Below, one piece after another: positions 55,637 through 64,000 of a stretch of 64,000 bases of DNA. Numbering within the stretch: the first letter of the stretch is position 1; the number at the start of each line of letters is the position of its first letter. The notes beneath the pieces are model-generated. The model saw only the letters and a list, made by a program, of their open reading frames with translations, did no database searches and was not told the DNA's origin. The stretch spans positions 1,141-65,140 of the forward strand of contig JBAXMR010000008.1 in assembly GCA_037134195.1 (NCBI GenBank), written 5' to 3'. The translations under genes and the position numbers were made by a program. Origin of the DNA: Paludibacter sp. (GTDB lineage Bacteria; Bacteroidota; Bacteroidia; Bacteroidales; Paludibacteraceae).

Positions 55637-57529
55637 ATGAATAACGGATTTGTACGTGTTGCTGCTGCTATACCTGAACTTCGGGTGGCTGATTGTGCTT
55701 TCAATACAGCGCAAATGGCAGAGTTGGTACGCAAAGCTGAAGCGGAAAAAGTGCAGGTAATATGTTTTCCTGAACTTTCAGTGACTGCTTATACTTGCGC
55801 CGATTTGTTTTTCCAGCAACAATTGCTTGATGATACACTCAAAGCTTTAAATGAATTACAGTTACTTAGTTTTACGACCACGGCATTAATTATTGTCGGT
55901 GCACCAATTCGAGTTCAGAATCAATTGTTTAATGCTTCCGTGGTAATACAAGGCGGTCACACACTGGGAGTTGTACCCAAAACTCACCTACCGAATAACA
56001 ACGAATTCTACGAAAAACGCTGGTTTTCCTCTGCAAAATCAAGTGATATTCAGACTGTTTCAATTTCGGGCGAAGATGTTCCATTTGGTACGAATCTGCT
56101 TTTCAGCGATGGAAAATTCTCATTTGCCATCGAACTTTGCGAAGATTTGTGGGTACCTATTCCACCAAGCTCACAACATGCCATTCATGGTGCTGATATT
56201 ATTTTCAATCTCTCTGCCACTAATGAACTGACAGGCAAACATCAATATCTCCGTCAGTTGATTGAGCAGCAATCGGCACGCTGCATTGCCGGATATGTAT
56301 ATGCTTCAGCAGGTGCTGGCGAATCAACAACCGATGTGGTGTATTCAGGGAATGGAATTATTGCCGAAAATGGTAAGATAATAGCCAATTCCGAGCGATT
56401 CTCATTTGATTCGCAATTGATTATAAGCGAAATAGACATTGACAGACTCCGTGCTGATCGGATGCGAAACACGAATTTTTGCAACGATATATCTACCGAA
56501 GTTTACCGAACAATAAAAATTGAAGATGCTCACTTTTGTAAATTTGAGTTGATACGGAGGTTCGATAAACATCCTTTTGTGCCTTCAATAGCCAATCGTG
56601 ATGCGAATTGCGAAGAAATATTCTCTATACAGGTTGGCGGATTGGCAAAACGTTGGAAACACACTCAGGCTCAAACTGTTGTTGTGGGAATTTCTGGCGG
56701 ACTTGATTCTACGTTGGCCTTGTTGGTATGCGTTAAAACGGCTGATAAGCTTGGCTACGACCGCAACCGGATTATTGGCATCACCATGCCGGGATTTGGA
56801 ACTACCGACCGAACTTATAATAATGCTGTGAATTTGATGAAAACGCTTGGTATAAGTCAACTTGAAATTTCGATTAAAGAAGCTTCACTGCTGCATTTCA
56901 AAGACATAAATCACAATCCGAATCAGCATGACGTGACCTACGAAAACACTCAGGCACGTGAACGTACACAAATCTTGATGGATATTGCTAACAAACATAA
57001 CGGACTGGTAATAGGCACAGGCGATTTATCGGAACTGGCTCTCGGATGGGCGACTTATAACGGCGATCACATGTCGATGTACGGAGTAAATTCAGGTGTA
57101 CCCAAAACACTGGTTCGATATCTGGTAGGTTGGGCAGCTCATCAGCTCGATAACAACTCGGAGGAAATACTGAATGATGTGCTTGACACGCCCGTAAGTC
57201 CAGAATTGTTACCTGCTGACGAAAATGGCAATATCGCACAAAAGACGGAAGATATTGTCGGACCTTATGAACTTCATGATTTCTTTTTATATTACTTTGT
57301 ACGTTTCGGTTTTAGTCCCGATAAAATATTTTTCCTCGCCAAAAATGCATTTGGAAACGAATATGATGAGGATACACTAAAAAAATGGTTGAAAATTTTT
57401 ATTAAACGTTTTTTTGCACAACAATTCAAACGCTCATGCATACCCGACGGACCAAAGGTAGGCTCTATAAATCTCTCACCAAGAGGAGATTGGCGCATGC
57501 CGAGCGATGCAGTTGCTTTTGATGTTTAA
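55637..57529 (+). CDS. nadE: Glutamine-dependent NAD+ synthetase
   Basis: 630 aa. The N-terminal CN-hydrolase domain (..ICFPELSVTAY.., ..CEDLW..) is followed by an NAD-synthase domain (VVGISGGLDSTLAL). Confidence 0.9.
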   Translation: MNNGFVRVAAAIPELRVADCAFNTAQMAELVRKAEAEKVQVICFPELSVTAYTCADLFFQQQLLDDTLKALNELQLLSFTTTALIIVGAPIRVQNQLFNASVVIQGGHTLGVVPKTHLPNNNEFYEKRWFSSAKSSDIQTVSISGEDVPFGTNLLFSDGKFSFAIELCEDLWVPIPPSSQHAIHGADIIFNLSATNELTGKHQYLRQLIEQQSARCIAGYVYASAGAGESTTDVVYSGNGIIAENGKIIANSERFSFDSQLIISEIDIDRLRADRMRNTNFCNDISTEVYRTIKIEDAHFCKFELIRRFDKHPFVPSIANRDANCEEIFSIQVGGLAKRWKHTQAQTVVVGISGGLDSTLALLVCVKTADKLGYDRNRIIGITMPGFGTTDRTYNNAVNLMKTLGISQLEISIKEASLLHFKDINHNPNQHDVTYENTQARERTQILMDIANKHNGLVIGTGDLSELALGWATYNGDHMSMYGVNSGVPKTLVRYLVGWAAHQLDNNSEEILNDVLDTPVSPELLPADENGNIAQKTEDIVGPYELHDFFLYYFVRFGFSPDKIFFLAKNAFGNEYDEDTLKKWLKIFIKRFFAQQFKRSCIPDGPKVGSINLSPRGDWRMPSDAVAFDV

Positions 57530-57555
57530 ACTAATTTTTAAGAATCTACTCATTT

Positions 57556-58611
57556 ATGTCTATACTTCAAGATACTTTCTACGGCAATAAAATCAGCGAT
57601 TGGTTGATTTCACTTGGAATTATTTTAGGGGCACTTATTCTAAACAAAATCATAGTGCTACTAAACAAGTATGTGATTCAAAAACTAACCGGAAAAACGA
57701 AAAGCCGATTGGACGACATTCTGTTCCAAATGCTGGAATCGCCTGTATTACTTGGAATAGTTTTGTTTGCCATCTGGGTAGCCGCTAAACGCCTTGATTT
57801 GGGGGTTCATGTGGAAAGCATTATTGCCAAATCGTATAAAATACTGACTGTCATAAATATAACATGGTTTGTTTCACGCTTAGTCAATGCATTGATTGAA
57901 GAATACTGGGTTCCAAAAGCTGATACTGGTAAAAGCAGAATCCTCGATACCCATCTCAATTCTATATTGCGACGTACCATTCTGGCGTTAATCTGGGCAC
58001 TTGGTATAGTTATGGCACTCAACAATGTAGGCGTAAATGTTGGAGCTTTACTAGGAACGCTCGGTATTGGAGGTTTGGCTTTTGCATTGGCAGCTCAGGA
58101 CACCATCAAAAATATATTTGGAGGCGTTACTATCTTTACCGACCGTCCTTTCCGCATTGGCGATCGCATCAAAGTTGATAAATTTGAAGGATTTGTTGAG
58201 GATATTGGCATCCGCAGCACCCGAATTCGAACATTAGAAAAACGATTGGTGACCATTCCAAATTATAAAATGGTAGATGCACCCATTGAAAATATAACTG
58301 AAGAGCCTATGAGAAGGGTTCTGATGAAACTAGGGCTAACTTATCAAACAAGTCCTGAGAAAATGAATGAAGCACTAGCCATTTTGAAAGACATTCCAAA
58401 TCGGGTAAAACACCTTGACCAAAAGGAAATAGTTGCAGCATTTACTGATTTTACAGATTATGCACTTGTAATTACTTTTGTCTATTTTATCAAAAAACAG
58501 GGCGATGTAATGGAAACCCCATCGGAAGTAAATTCGGAGATTCTGAGTGCTTTCAAAAAAGCAAAGATTAATTTTGCCTATCCTACTCAGACTATTTATA
58601 TTGATAAATAG
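57556..58611 (+). CDS. MscS-family mechanosensitive channel
   Basis: 351 aa with N-terminal TM helices. The conserved segment reads ..NIFGGVTIFTDRPFRIGDRIKV..GFVEDIGIRSTRIRT.. Confidence 0.85.
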   Translation: MSILQDTFYGNKISDWLISLGIILGALILNKIIVLLNKYVIQKLTGKTKSRLDDILFQMLESPVLLGIVLFAIWVAAKRLDLGVHVESIIAKSYKILTVINITWFVSRLVNALIEEYWVPKADTGKSRILDTHLNSILRRTILALIWALGIVMALNNVGVNVGALLGTLGIGGLAFALAAQDTIKNIFGGVTIFTDRPFRIGDRIKVDKFEGFVEDIGIRSTRIRTLEKRLVTIPNYKMVDAPIENITEEPMRRVLMKLGLTYQTSPEKMNEALAILKDIPNRVKHLDQKEIVAAFTDFTDYALVITFVYFIKKQGDVMETPSEVNSEILSAFKKAKINFAYPTQTIYIDK

Positions 58612-58684
58612 CAGATTGAATTGAACTTTTGTGCCAGTCTTGATTCTTGATTCCTGATTATTGGTTCTTGCTTCTTGGTTCTAT

Positions 58685-59455
58685 TTACACCCAACCTTCC
58701 TGAATAGTCTTTGCAATCAGCTCTGCAATAGTTGACGTTTGAGTTTTTACCATGATATTGCGTCGGTGATTCAGCACAGTAAACCTACTCAGGAAAAGAA
58801 TTTCAGCTATTTCTTTGCTGTGTCTGCCATGTAAAATATAATACAAAACCTCTTTTTCTCTGCGGGTCAGAAATTCACTTGTGGGGATAAATTTGCTTGA
58901 AAGATCCACGTTTAGATAAGATGGTCTGCCCTCCAGACCCACAAATGATAGTACCGGATTTCCTTCAGTTTTAATATGACTAATATCGGTATGAATGCCT
59001 AAAGTTTTGTTTATTCCTCCGGTTTCGGTAGTCTGCATAGTTACAACCTGTTGCAATACACGAATATAATCGCCCGTATTTTTCCGAATACGGAAATCGA
59101 AGCGTACTTTATACCTGAAAATATCTTTAGGAGCTATCGCATTAAAGAATTCTACCGACTTTTTTCCAAAACCAATAAAGGCAGGTGCATCTTCCGGGTG
59201 AATAATCTGAAAAAAGAATTCCGCAGTAAACTGTTCAGGTTTGTATCCAAGCACTTGGGTGATACTTGGGCTTACAAATTGTATAAGTCCATTTTGTAAA
59301 TCAAAAATATAATAATAAAATGGTCCCACGCTCACAATATTCAACAACTTCCGATAGGCTTCCAAATCAATATTCATATTGATTTCTTTACCCGCTTTAA
59401 TGGCTGCTTGCCATGCTTTTTGGGCCTGAATTATGGGGAGTAAAGTGTTTGGCAT
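58685..59455 (-). CDS. PAS-domain LuxR-family transcriptional regulator (paralog 1)
   Basis: 256 aa with a central PAS-like region. The C-terminal HTH reads LTRREKEVLYYILHGRHSKEIAEILFLSRFTVLNHRRNI. Confidence 0.8.
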   Translation of the reverse strand: MPNTLLPIIQAQKAWQAAIKAGKEINMNIDLEAYRKLLNIVSVGPFYYYIFDLQNGLIQFVSPSITQVLGYKPEQFTAEFFFQIIHPEDAPAFIGFGKKSVEFFNAIAPKDIFRYKVRFDFRIRKNTGDYIRVLQQVVTMQTTETGGINKTLGIHTDISHIKTEGNPVLSFVGLEGRPSYLNVDLSSKFIPTSEFLTRREKEVLYYILHGRHSKEIAEILFLSRFTVLNHRRNIMVKTQTSTIAELIAKTIQEGWV

Positions 59456-59602
59456 AATAGTGACAAGTTAGAGATTAGCTTATGACCTCCAACCCCCAAA
59501 TGGGGACTTAAGACGCAGTATTTTTAAAATTAAAACATATTTTAATGCAATTGAAATAAATCAATACGAATCAAAATCCCTTTTTTGGGGTTTGGGGGCA
59601 AA

Positions 59603-60376
59603 TTACACCCACCCTTCTTGAATCGTTTTCACTGTCAAATCAGCTGTAGATTTAGCTCCTGCTTTTGCCAATATATTACGGCGATGGTTGAGTATTGTAT
59701 GTTTGCTCAGACCAAGTATTTCTGCAATTTCGTTGCTATGTTTTCCGTGGATAATATGAAACAATACCTCTTTTTCTCTTTCTGATAAGAGTGATTTAGT
59801 GGGTATAAACACTTTTTCCACTTCAATATTCAGATAGGATGGCTCACCATTAATACCTATAATCGACATGGACGGAGTGCCTTCAGGTTTTATATCGCTA
59901 ATATCGGTATGAATACCCAATGATTTATTAACTCCTCCTGTCTCGGTAGTCTCCAGGGTTACAACTTGTTGTAATACCCGAATATATTCTCCGCTGGTTT
60001 TTCGCACCCGAAAATCGTATTGTACTTTGTAGTTAAAAATATTTTCAACAGTAAGTTTATTGAAAAACTCAGCCACTTTGTTTTCGAAGTTTACATAATA
60101 TTGTACATCCTCCGGATGAATTACCTGTGTAAAGAAGAATTCGGGAGTAAATTCCTCAGGTGTGTAACCCAGAATATCGGTAATACTGTCACTCACAAAG
60201 GGAAGAGTCATATTCTGAATATCAAAAATATAGTAGTAAAAGTTCCCAACGTGAATAATACTCAGCAGTCTTTTGTGAATATCTAGCTCTAATTCCAGTT
60301 TTATTTCTTTACCATCGCGGATAACATCTTCCCAAATATGACGAGCCTGATCGAATGGAAGTACTCTTTTTGCCAT
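59603..60376 (-). CDS. PAS-domain LuxR-family transcriptional regulator (paralog 2)
   Basis: 257 aa, collinear with the neighbour. Both share ..YIRVLQQVVT.ETTETGG.NK.LGIHTDIS.IK.EG.. and end in TIQEGWV. Confidence 0.8.
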   Translation of the reverse strand: MAKRVLPFDQARHIWEDVIRDGKEIKLELELDIHKRLLSIIHVGNFYYYIFDIQNMTLPFVSDSITDILGYTPEEFTPEFFFTQVIHPEDVQYYVNFENKVAEFFNKLTVENIFNYKVQYDFRVRKTSGEYIRVLQQVVTLETTETGGVNKSLGIHTDISDIKPEGTPSMSIIGINGEPSYLNIEVEKVFIPTKSLLSEREKEVLFHIIHGKHSNEIAEILGLSKHTILNHRRNILAKAGAKSTADLTVKTIQEGWV

Positions 60377-60786
60377 AATATTACAATTGTGTGAATTTTA
60401 TCAAAATCAAAAGTCAATTTGAATGAATAAAATCAAAATAATAACTTAATTAGTCGAAAAGCAGGGAAAAAACCTTGAAAAATGACATAAAGTAGTCATT
60501 GTTTTTTGAGAAATGAGTTCGTATTTTTACCCCCGTAATCTAATATGTCTAATTGGGAAGCTTTCATACTGTATGAAAGACCTTAAAAAGCATATACATT
60601 ATTGACCCAAAAATATAGAATTTTTCTCTTTTTTTACGCTCATATCCTATAAAAGCGATAGTATTTAGGATTATTTAATAGTTAAGCAAAAATAAATATC
60701 TTAGAAAGCTTGTAAAAGAAGGGAAATACATAAAAATGAATGAATTATACAGTGTAATGTTTGAGAATTAACCTGCAATTCATAAA

Positions 60787-61008
60787 ATGATAAAATCGAA
60801 TGACATACAATCAATTATACAGGAGTTTAGAGGGAAAAAGTGCAAACTAAAACTATTGACTGGCGAACTTATTACTGGAACTCTCAGTGAAATACAACAT
60901 ATCAGTTCTTTGTATGAAAGTGTACAAGTGACTGAAACAGTAAATAACGAACTGATAAATGCCAAAACAATCCTTCTATCTCAAATCGATGCATTGGCTC
61001 TGGCATAA
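60787..61008 (+). CDS. Small hypothetical protein (73 aa)
   Basis: ORF only; I recognise no family. The coding status is uncertain. Confidence 0.35.
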   Translation: MIKSNDIQSIIQEFRGKKCKLKLLTGELITGTLSEIQHISSLYESVQVTETVNNELINAKTILLSQIDALALA

Positions 61009-61694
61009 ATTACAAAACGAATCAGGAAAAAATCTATGAGAATAGAATTTGTTTACATTTTTTTTTGCAATAGCAAAAGGCGCAGTTTTAAGGATGCTGC
61101 GCCTGCCTGCTTTTCAAAGTCATAGTGTCAGCCAGCTTATCTGAACGTTAGCCCACCTTGCAGCAAAATTTCCATAAAACACTTGCTATACAACGATTTG
61201 CTACTAATTGAATGTAAAGTGGGTTAAGTTCCTTTTCTACCCGGATATTTTGGCCAAAAATAATGCTTTCGAAAGTGCCTTCAGGAATATATAAAGTAAA
61301 ACAAAAAGTAAGTGATGTGTAAATCCAATACTGTAGCAGATTCTTATTGTTAAATCCAATCTATCACGCAAACTGCTAAAAAGAATAATCAAAATCCTTT
61401 CTTGGAAATACTTGCCGTAGCAAATAACTATTGAAGTTTTTTTGGTACTGAGTAGTTACAATTGTACATATAAATCACCCAAAATCATATTTATGTCTAC
61501 TATTGTTAGTGCTATTATTTGTACAAACTGTATAAAATGCTGTTTTTCAACACAAATCAGTATTAGGTCAGAATGTAAAATTCTGATAATCAATTTAATT
61601 ACTTATTTTGAAACAGAATTATATTTTTATTATTTTGACATTCTAATAATTAATTGGTATTTTTGTTCGTTTTTGAAAAATACAGAACTGCTAA

Positions 61695-62108
61695 TTGGCT
61701 CAAAATATAGAACATACAGGCGTAATTACCGGCATAAATGTAAATGTGGTTCAGGTAACTATTACTCAGCATGAAGCCTGTGAGGAATGTCACGCAAAAA
61801 GTGCATGTGTTGTTGCTGGTAAGAATGAAAAACTGATAGATATTGAATGTAATGCTAACGATTTCAAGCCGGGCGATGAAGTGATAGTGTATGGAAATCA
61901 GTCGGTAGGGTTTCTGGCTGTTTTGTATGCTTTTATTATTCCATTTATGCTTATTCTGATTGTTCTGATTGCTTCGGGGTGGTTTACTTCCAACGAATTG
62001 GTATCGGGCGGAATAGCTGTTTTGGCTCTTGTGCTTTACTATATTGTTCTTTCTTTTTTTGAAAAAAAACTAAAAAACAAACTGAAATTCAATATCCGCA
62101 TGAGTTAA
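61695..62108 (+). CDS. RseC/MucC-family (SoxR-reducing system) membrane protein
   Basis: 137 aa with a TTG start. Sequence reads ..HTGVITGINVNVVQVTITQHEACEECHAKSAC..GDEVIV.. followed by two TM helices. It sits immediately upstream of rnfB. Confidence 0.7.
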   Translation: MAQNIEHTGVITGINVNVVQVTITQHEACEECHAKSACVVAGKNEKLIDIECNANDFKPGDEVIVYGNQSVGFLAVLYAFIIPFMLILIVLIASGWFTSNELVSGGIAVLALVLYYIVLSFFEKKLKNKLKFNIRMS

Positions 62109-62134
62109 TCGTTTGATTGTTTAAATTATCAACT

Positions 62135-62938
62135 ATGAACATTGTTTTTGTTTCGGTATTTATACTGGGTTTATTGGGGGCATTGTCAGCATTGGTTTTG
62201 TACTTCACTGCCAAAAAGTTTAATTTTCCAACTAATCCTCTCATTGCCGAAGTTGAAGCCGTATTACCTGCTGTAAATTGTGGCGGATGCGGACAAGCAA
62301 GTTGTCACGGCTTTGCAGTTGCTTGTGTAAAATCAAATTCGTTGCATAACATGGTTTGCACAGTGGGCGGAAAGTCGATTATGGAAGATGTTGCTTCAAT
62401 ACTCGGGAAAACAGCAAATCCGGTAATACCAACTGTAGCAGTGGTACGCTGCGGAGGAAGTTGTGAACTTCGGCCACACATTAATCAGTTTGGTGGTGCT
62501 TCAAGTTGCGCTGTGGTACATAATCTGTATGGTGGCGAAACAGGTTGCTCGTGGGGCTGTATCGGGTTGGGCGATTGCGTTGAACCTTGCAAGTTTGATG
62601 CCATAAAGATAAACCCCGAAACCTTATTACCCGAAATAAGCGACAACAAATGTACTTCGTGCAATGCATGTGTAACAGCTTGTCCGAAAGGAATTATCGA
62701 GCTTCGCAATTTGGGTGAGCCGGCTCATAAAATTTACGTAAATTGTGTAACAAAAGATTCGGGTGTTGCCGAAAGTTGTGCTGTTGCCTGCAATGGTTGC
62801 GAAAAGTGTGTAGAAGTATGTGAGGATAAGGCTATTAATATGATTGGTCAACTGGCTTATATCGACTCAACAGTTTGCACCCTTTGCGGAAAATGTGTTT
62901 CTGTTTGTCCCACAAATGCAATAGTGGAAAAAAAGTAG
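62135..62938 (+). CDS. rnfB: Rnf electron-transport complex subunit B (Fe-S)
   Basis: An N-terminal TM helix is followed by multiple CxxCxxCxxxCP ferredoxin motifs. I place the start at the ATG at 62135; the track uses TTG at 62117. Confidence 0.85.
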   Translation: MNIVFVSVFILGLLGALSALVLYFTAKKFNFPTNPLIAEVEAVLPAVNCGGCGQASCHGFAVACVKSNSLHNMVCTVGGKSIMEDVASILGKTANPVIPTVAVVRCGGSCELRPHINQFGGASSCAVVHNLYGGETGCSWGCIGLGDCVEPCKFDAIKINPETLLPEISDNKCTSCNACVTACPKGIIELRNLGEPAHKIYVNCVTKDSGVAESCAVACNGCEKCVEVCEDKAINMIGQLAYIDSTVCTLCGKCVSVCPTNAIVEKK

Positions 62939-62946
62939 GGGTATAT

Positions 62947-64000
62947 ATGAAAAGATTTAAAATGGGTGGCGTTCACCCGAAAGAAAATAAATTATCAGCA
63001 GGCAAGCAAATCGTGGAGGCTGCACTTCCCAAACAGGTTGTAATACCCTTGGGGCAATCGCTTGGTGCACCCGGTCAGTCGGTTGTTGCAGTTGGCGATG
63101 CGGTGAAAGTTGGTCAGCTGATAGCCAAAGCCGGAGGATTTGTATCAGCTAATATTCATTCATCAGTTTCAGGAAAAATATCTGCTATCAGTACCACTAT
63201 CGATGCATCGGGTTACAATGTTCCGGCAGTATTTATTGAGGTACAAGGGGATGAATGGCTCGAAACTATTGACAGGACTAATGACCTGAAACGAGAATGT
63301 AATCTTACCCCGGAAGAAATAATCAAAACCATAACCGATGCAGGAATTGTGGGCATGGGTGGTGCAACATTCCCAACCCATGTGAAACTGTCTCCTCCAC
63401 CCGGTAAGAAAGCTGATGTGTTGATAATTAATGCGGTGGAGTGTGAACCATACCTTACCTGCGACCATCAGCTGATGCTGGAAAAACCGCTGGAAATTCT
63501 GGTAGGTGTAACCATTCTGATGAAAGCTGCTAAGGTTGCAAAAGCATATATAGGAATTGAAAACAATAAAAAAGATGCCATTGAACTGCTGAAGCAAACT
63601 GCTAGAAGTTTTACGGGCATTGAAATCGTTCCGCTACGGGTTCAATATCCACAGGGTGGTGAGAAGCAATTGATTGATGCTGTAATCGGTCGTCAGATTC
63701 CAAGCGGTGCTTTACCGGTTGAAGTTGGAGCAGTGGTTCAAAATGTAGCAACAGCTTTTGCCGTGTACGAAGCTATTCATAAACACAAACCATTAATCGA
63801 CAGGGTAATTACTATTACGGGTAAATCCATAAAAAGTCACGGAAATTACCGGGTGCGACTTGGAACTCCAATGAATTCGGTGGTGGAACAGGTTGGCGGA
63901 ATACCCGAAGATACAGGAAAGATTATTGCCGGTGGTCCCATGATGGGAAAAGCGCTGAAAACACTGGAAGTACCTGTGGTAAAAGGAACATCCGGAATTC
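62947..64000 (+). CDS. rnfC: Rnf electron-transport complex subunit C, N-terminal part (runs off the right edge)
   Basis: Absent from the track because no stop lies in the window. My translation from ATG 62947 gives MKRFKMGGVHPKENKLSAGK..GIVGMGGATFPTHVKL..LIINAVECEPYLTCDHQLM..YPQGGEKQLI.., typical of RnfC. Confidence 0.85.
   Translation, partial: MKRFKMGGVHPKENKLSAGKQIVEAALPKQVVIPLGQSLGAPGQSVVAVGDAVKVGQLIAKAGGFVSANIHSSVSGKISAISTTIDASGYNVPAVFIEVQGDEWLETIDRTNDLKRECNLTPEEIIKTITDAGIVGMGGATFPTHVKLSPPPGKKADVLIINAVECEPYLTCDHQLMLEKPLEILVGVTILMKAAKVAKAYIGIENNKKDAIELLKQTARSFTGIEIVPLRVQYPQGGEKQLIDAVIGRQIPSGALPVEVGAVVQNVATAFAVYEAIHKHKPLIDRVITITGKSIKSHGNYRVRLGTPMNSVVEQVGGIPEDTGKIIAGGPMMGKALKTLEVPVVKGTSGI

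Noticed and set aside
59456-59602. CCCCCAAA / TTTGGGGG inverted motifs between the two LuxR genes, considered as a possible regulatory or mobile repeat.
   Set aside because: The stems are short (4-8 bp) and imperfect. They are most simply a weak terminator or spacer, and the evidence is not strong enough.
61442-61774. ORF 61442-61774 (+), 110 aa, overlapping the rseC start.
   Set aside because: It is an AT-rich low-complexity translation (Ile/Phe/Tyr/Cys runs) that overlaps the RseC reading frame start. It has no recognisable features.

Overview
Low-GC Bacteroidota chromosome segment. I saw no rRNA, tRNA or CRISPR array by eye. All family assignments come from reading motifs, not from searches.

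Layout, left to right:

- **1-670:** housekeeping genes, a partial xer-type recombinase and rpsU.
- **~975-2400:** a decayed IS4-family element.
- **2510-19706:** an accessory island of six minus-strand genes. Each ends in a type-IX-secretion (T9SS) C-terminal sorting domain. They are built from three shuffled modules: a ~550-aa Thr/Gly/Asn-rich beta-strand stalk, fibronectin-III domains, and a divergent GH110-like beta-helix enzyme. The island also holds a decayed IS5-like element and a 202-bp nested-palindrome element.
- **19852-21170:** an apparently intact IS3-family element.
- **21380-50961:** a large polysaccharide utilization locus (PUL).
  - It has a hybrid two-component sensor (HTCS) and a ~20.6-kb minus-strand array.
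  - The array runs SusC-SusD-SusC-SusD, PKD lipoprotein, Ser-type sulfatase, GH110-like beta-helix, GH88/105-PL8 fusion, GH27, GH2.
  - A divergently transcribed GH110-like gene and a GH2-malectin gene complete it.
- **51172-64000:** a housekeeping block.
  - Genes are topB, fprA-like flavodiiron protein, a frameshifted four-helix-bundle gene, DUF2721, nadE and an mscS-family channel.
  - These are followed by two tandem PAS-LuxR regulators and rseC-rnfB-rnfC.

Main candidate for a new system:

- The same divergent beta-helix enzyme module occurs in three export contexts. It appears as a free T9SS cargo, fused to a giant stalk protein, and inside the PUL without a T9SS tail.
- All five copies share an Asp-x22-Asp-Asp motif.
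- Three island promoters and the PUL GH110 promoter share an exactly 66-bp architecture: TGTTACAAA, N48, TAnnTTTG. The three island promoters also carry a tandem TTTTGAGAT 9-mer, which is only weakly matched at the GH110 promoter.
- The susC promoter carries the same palindrome exactly 20 bp closer to its -7 box.
- This suggests one regulon joining a Sus-type import machine to a T9SS-displayed enzyme and adhesin battery.
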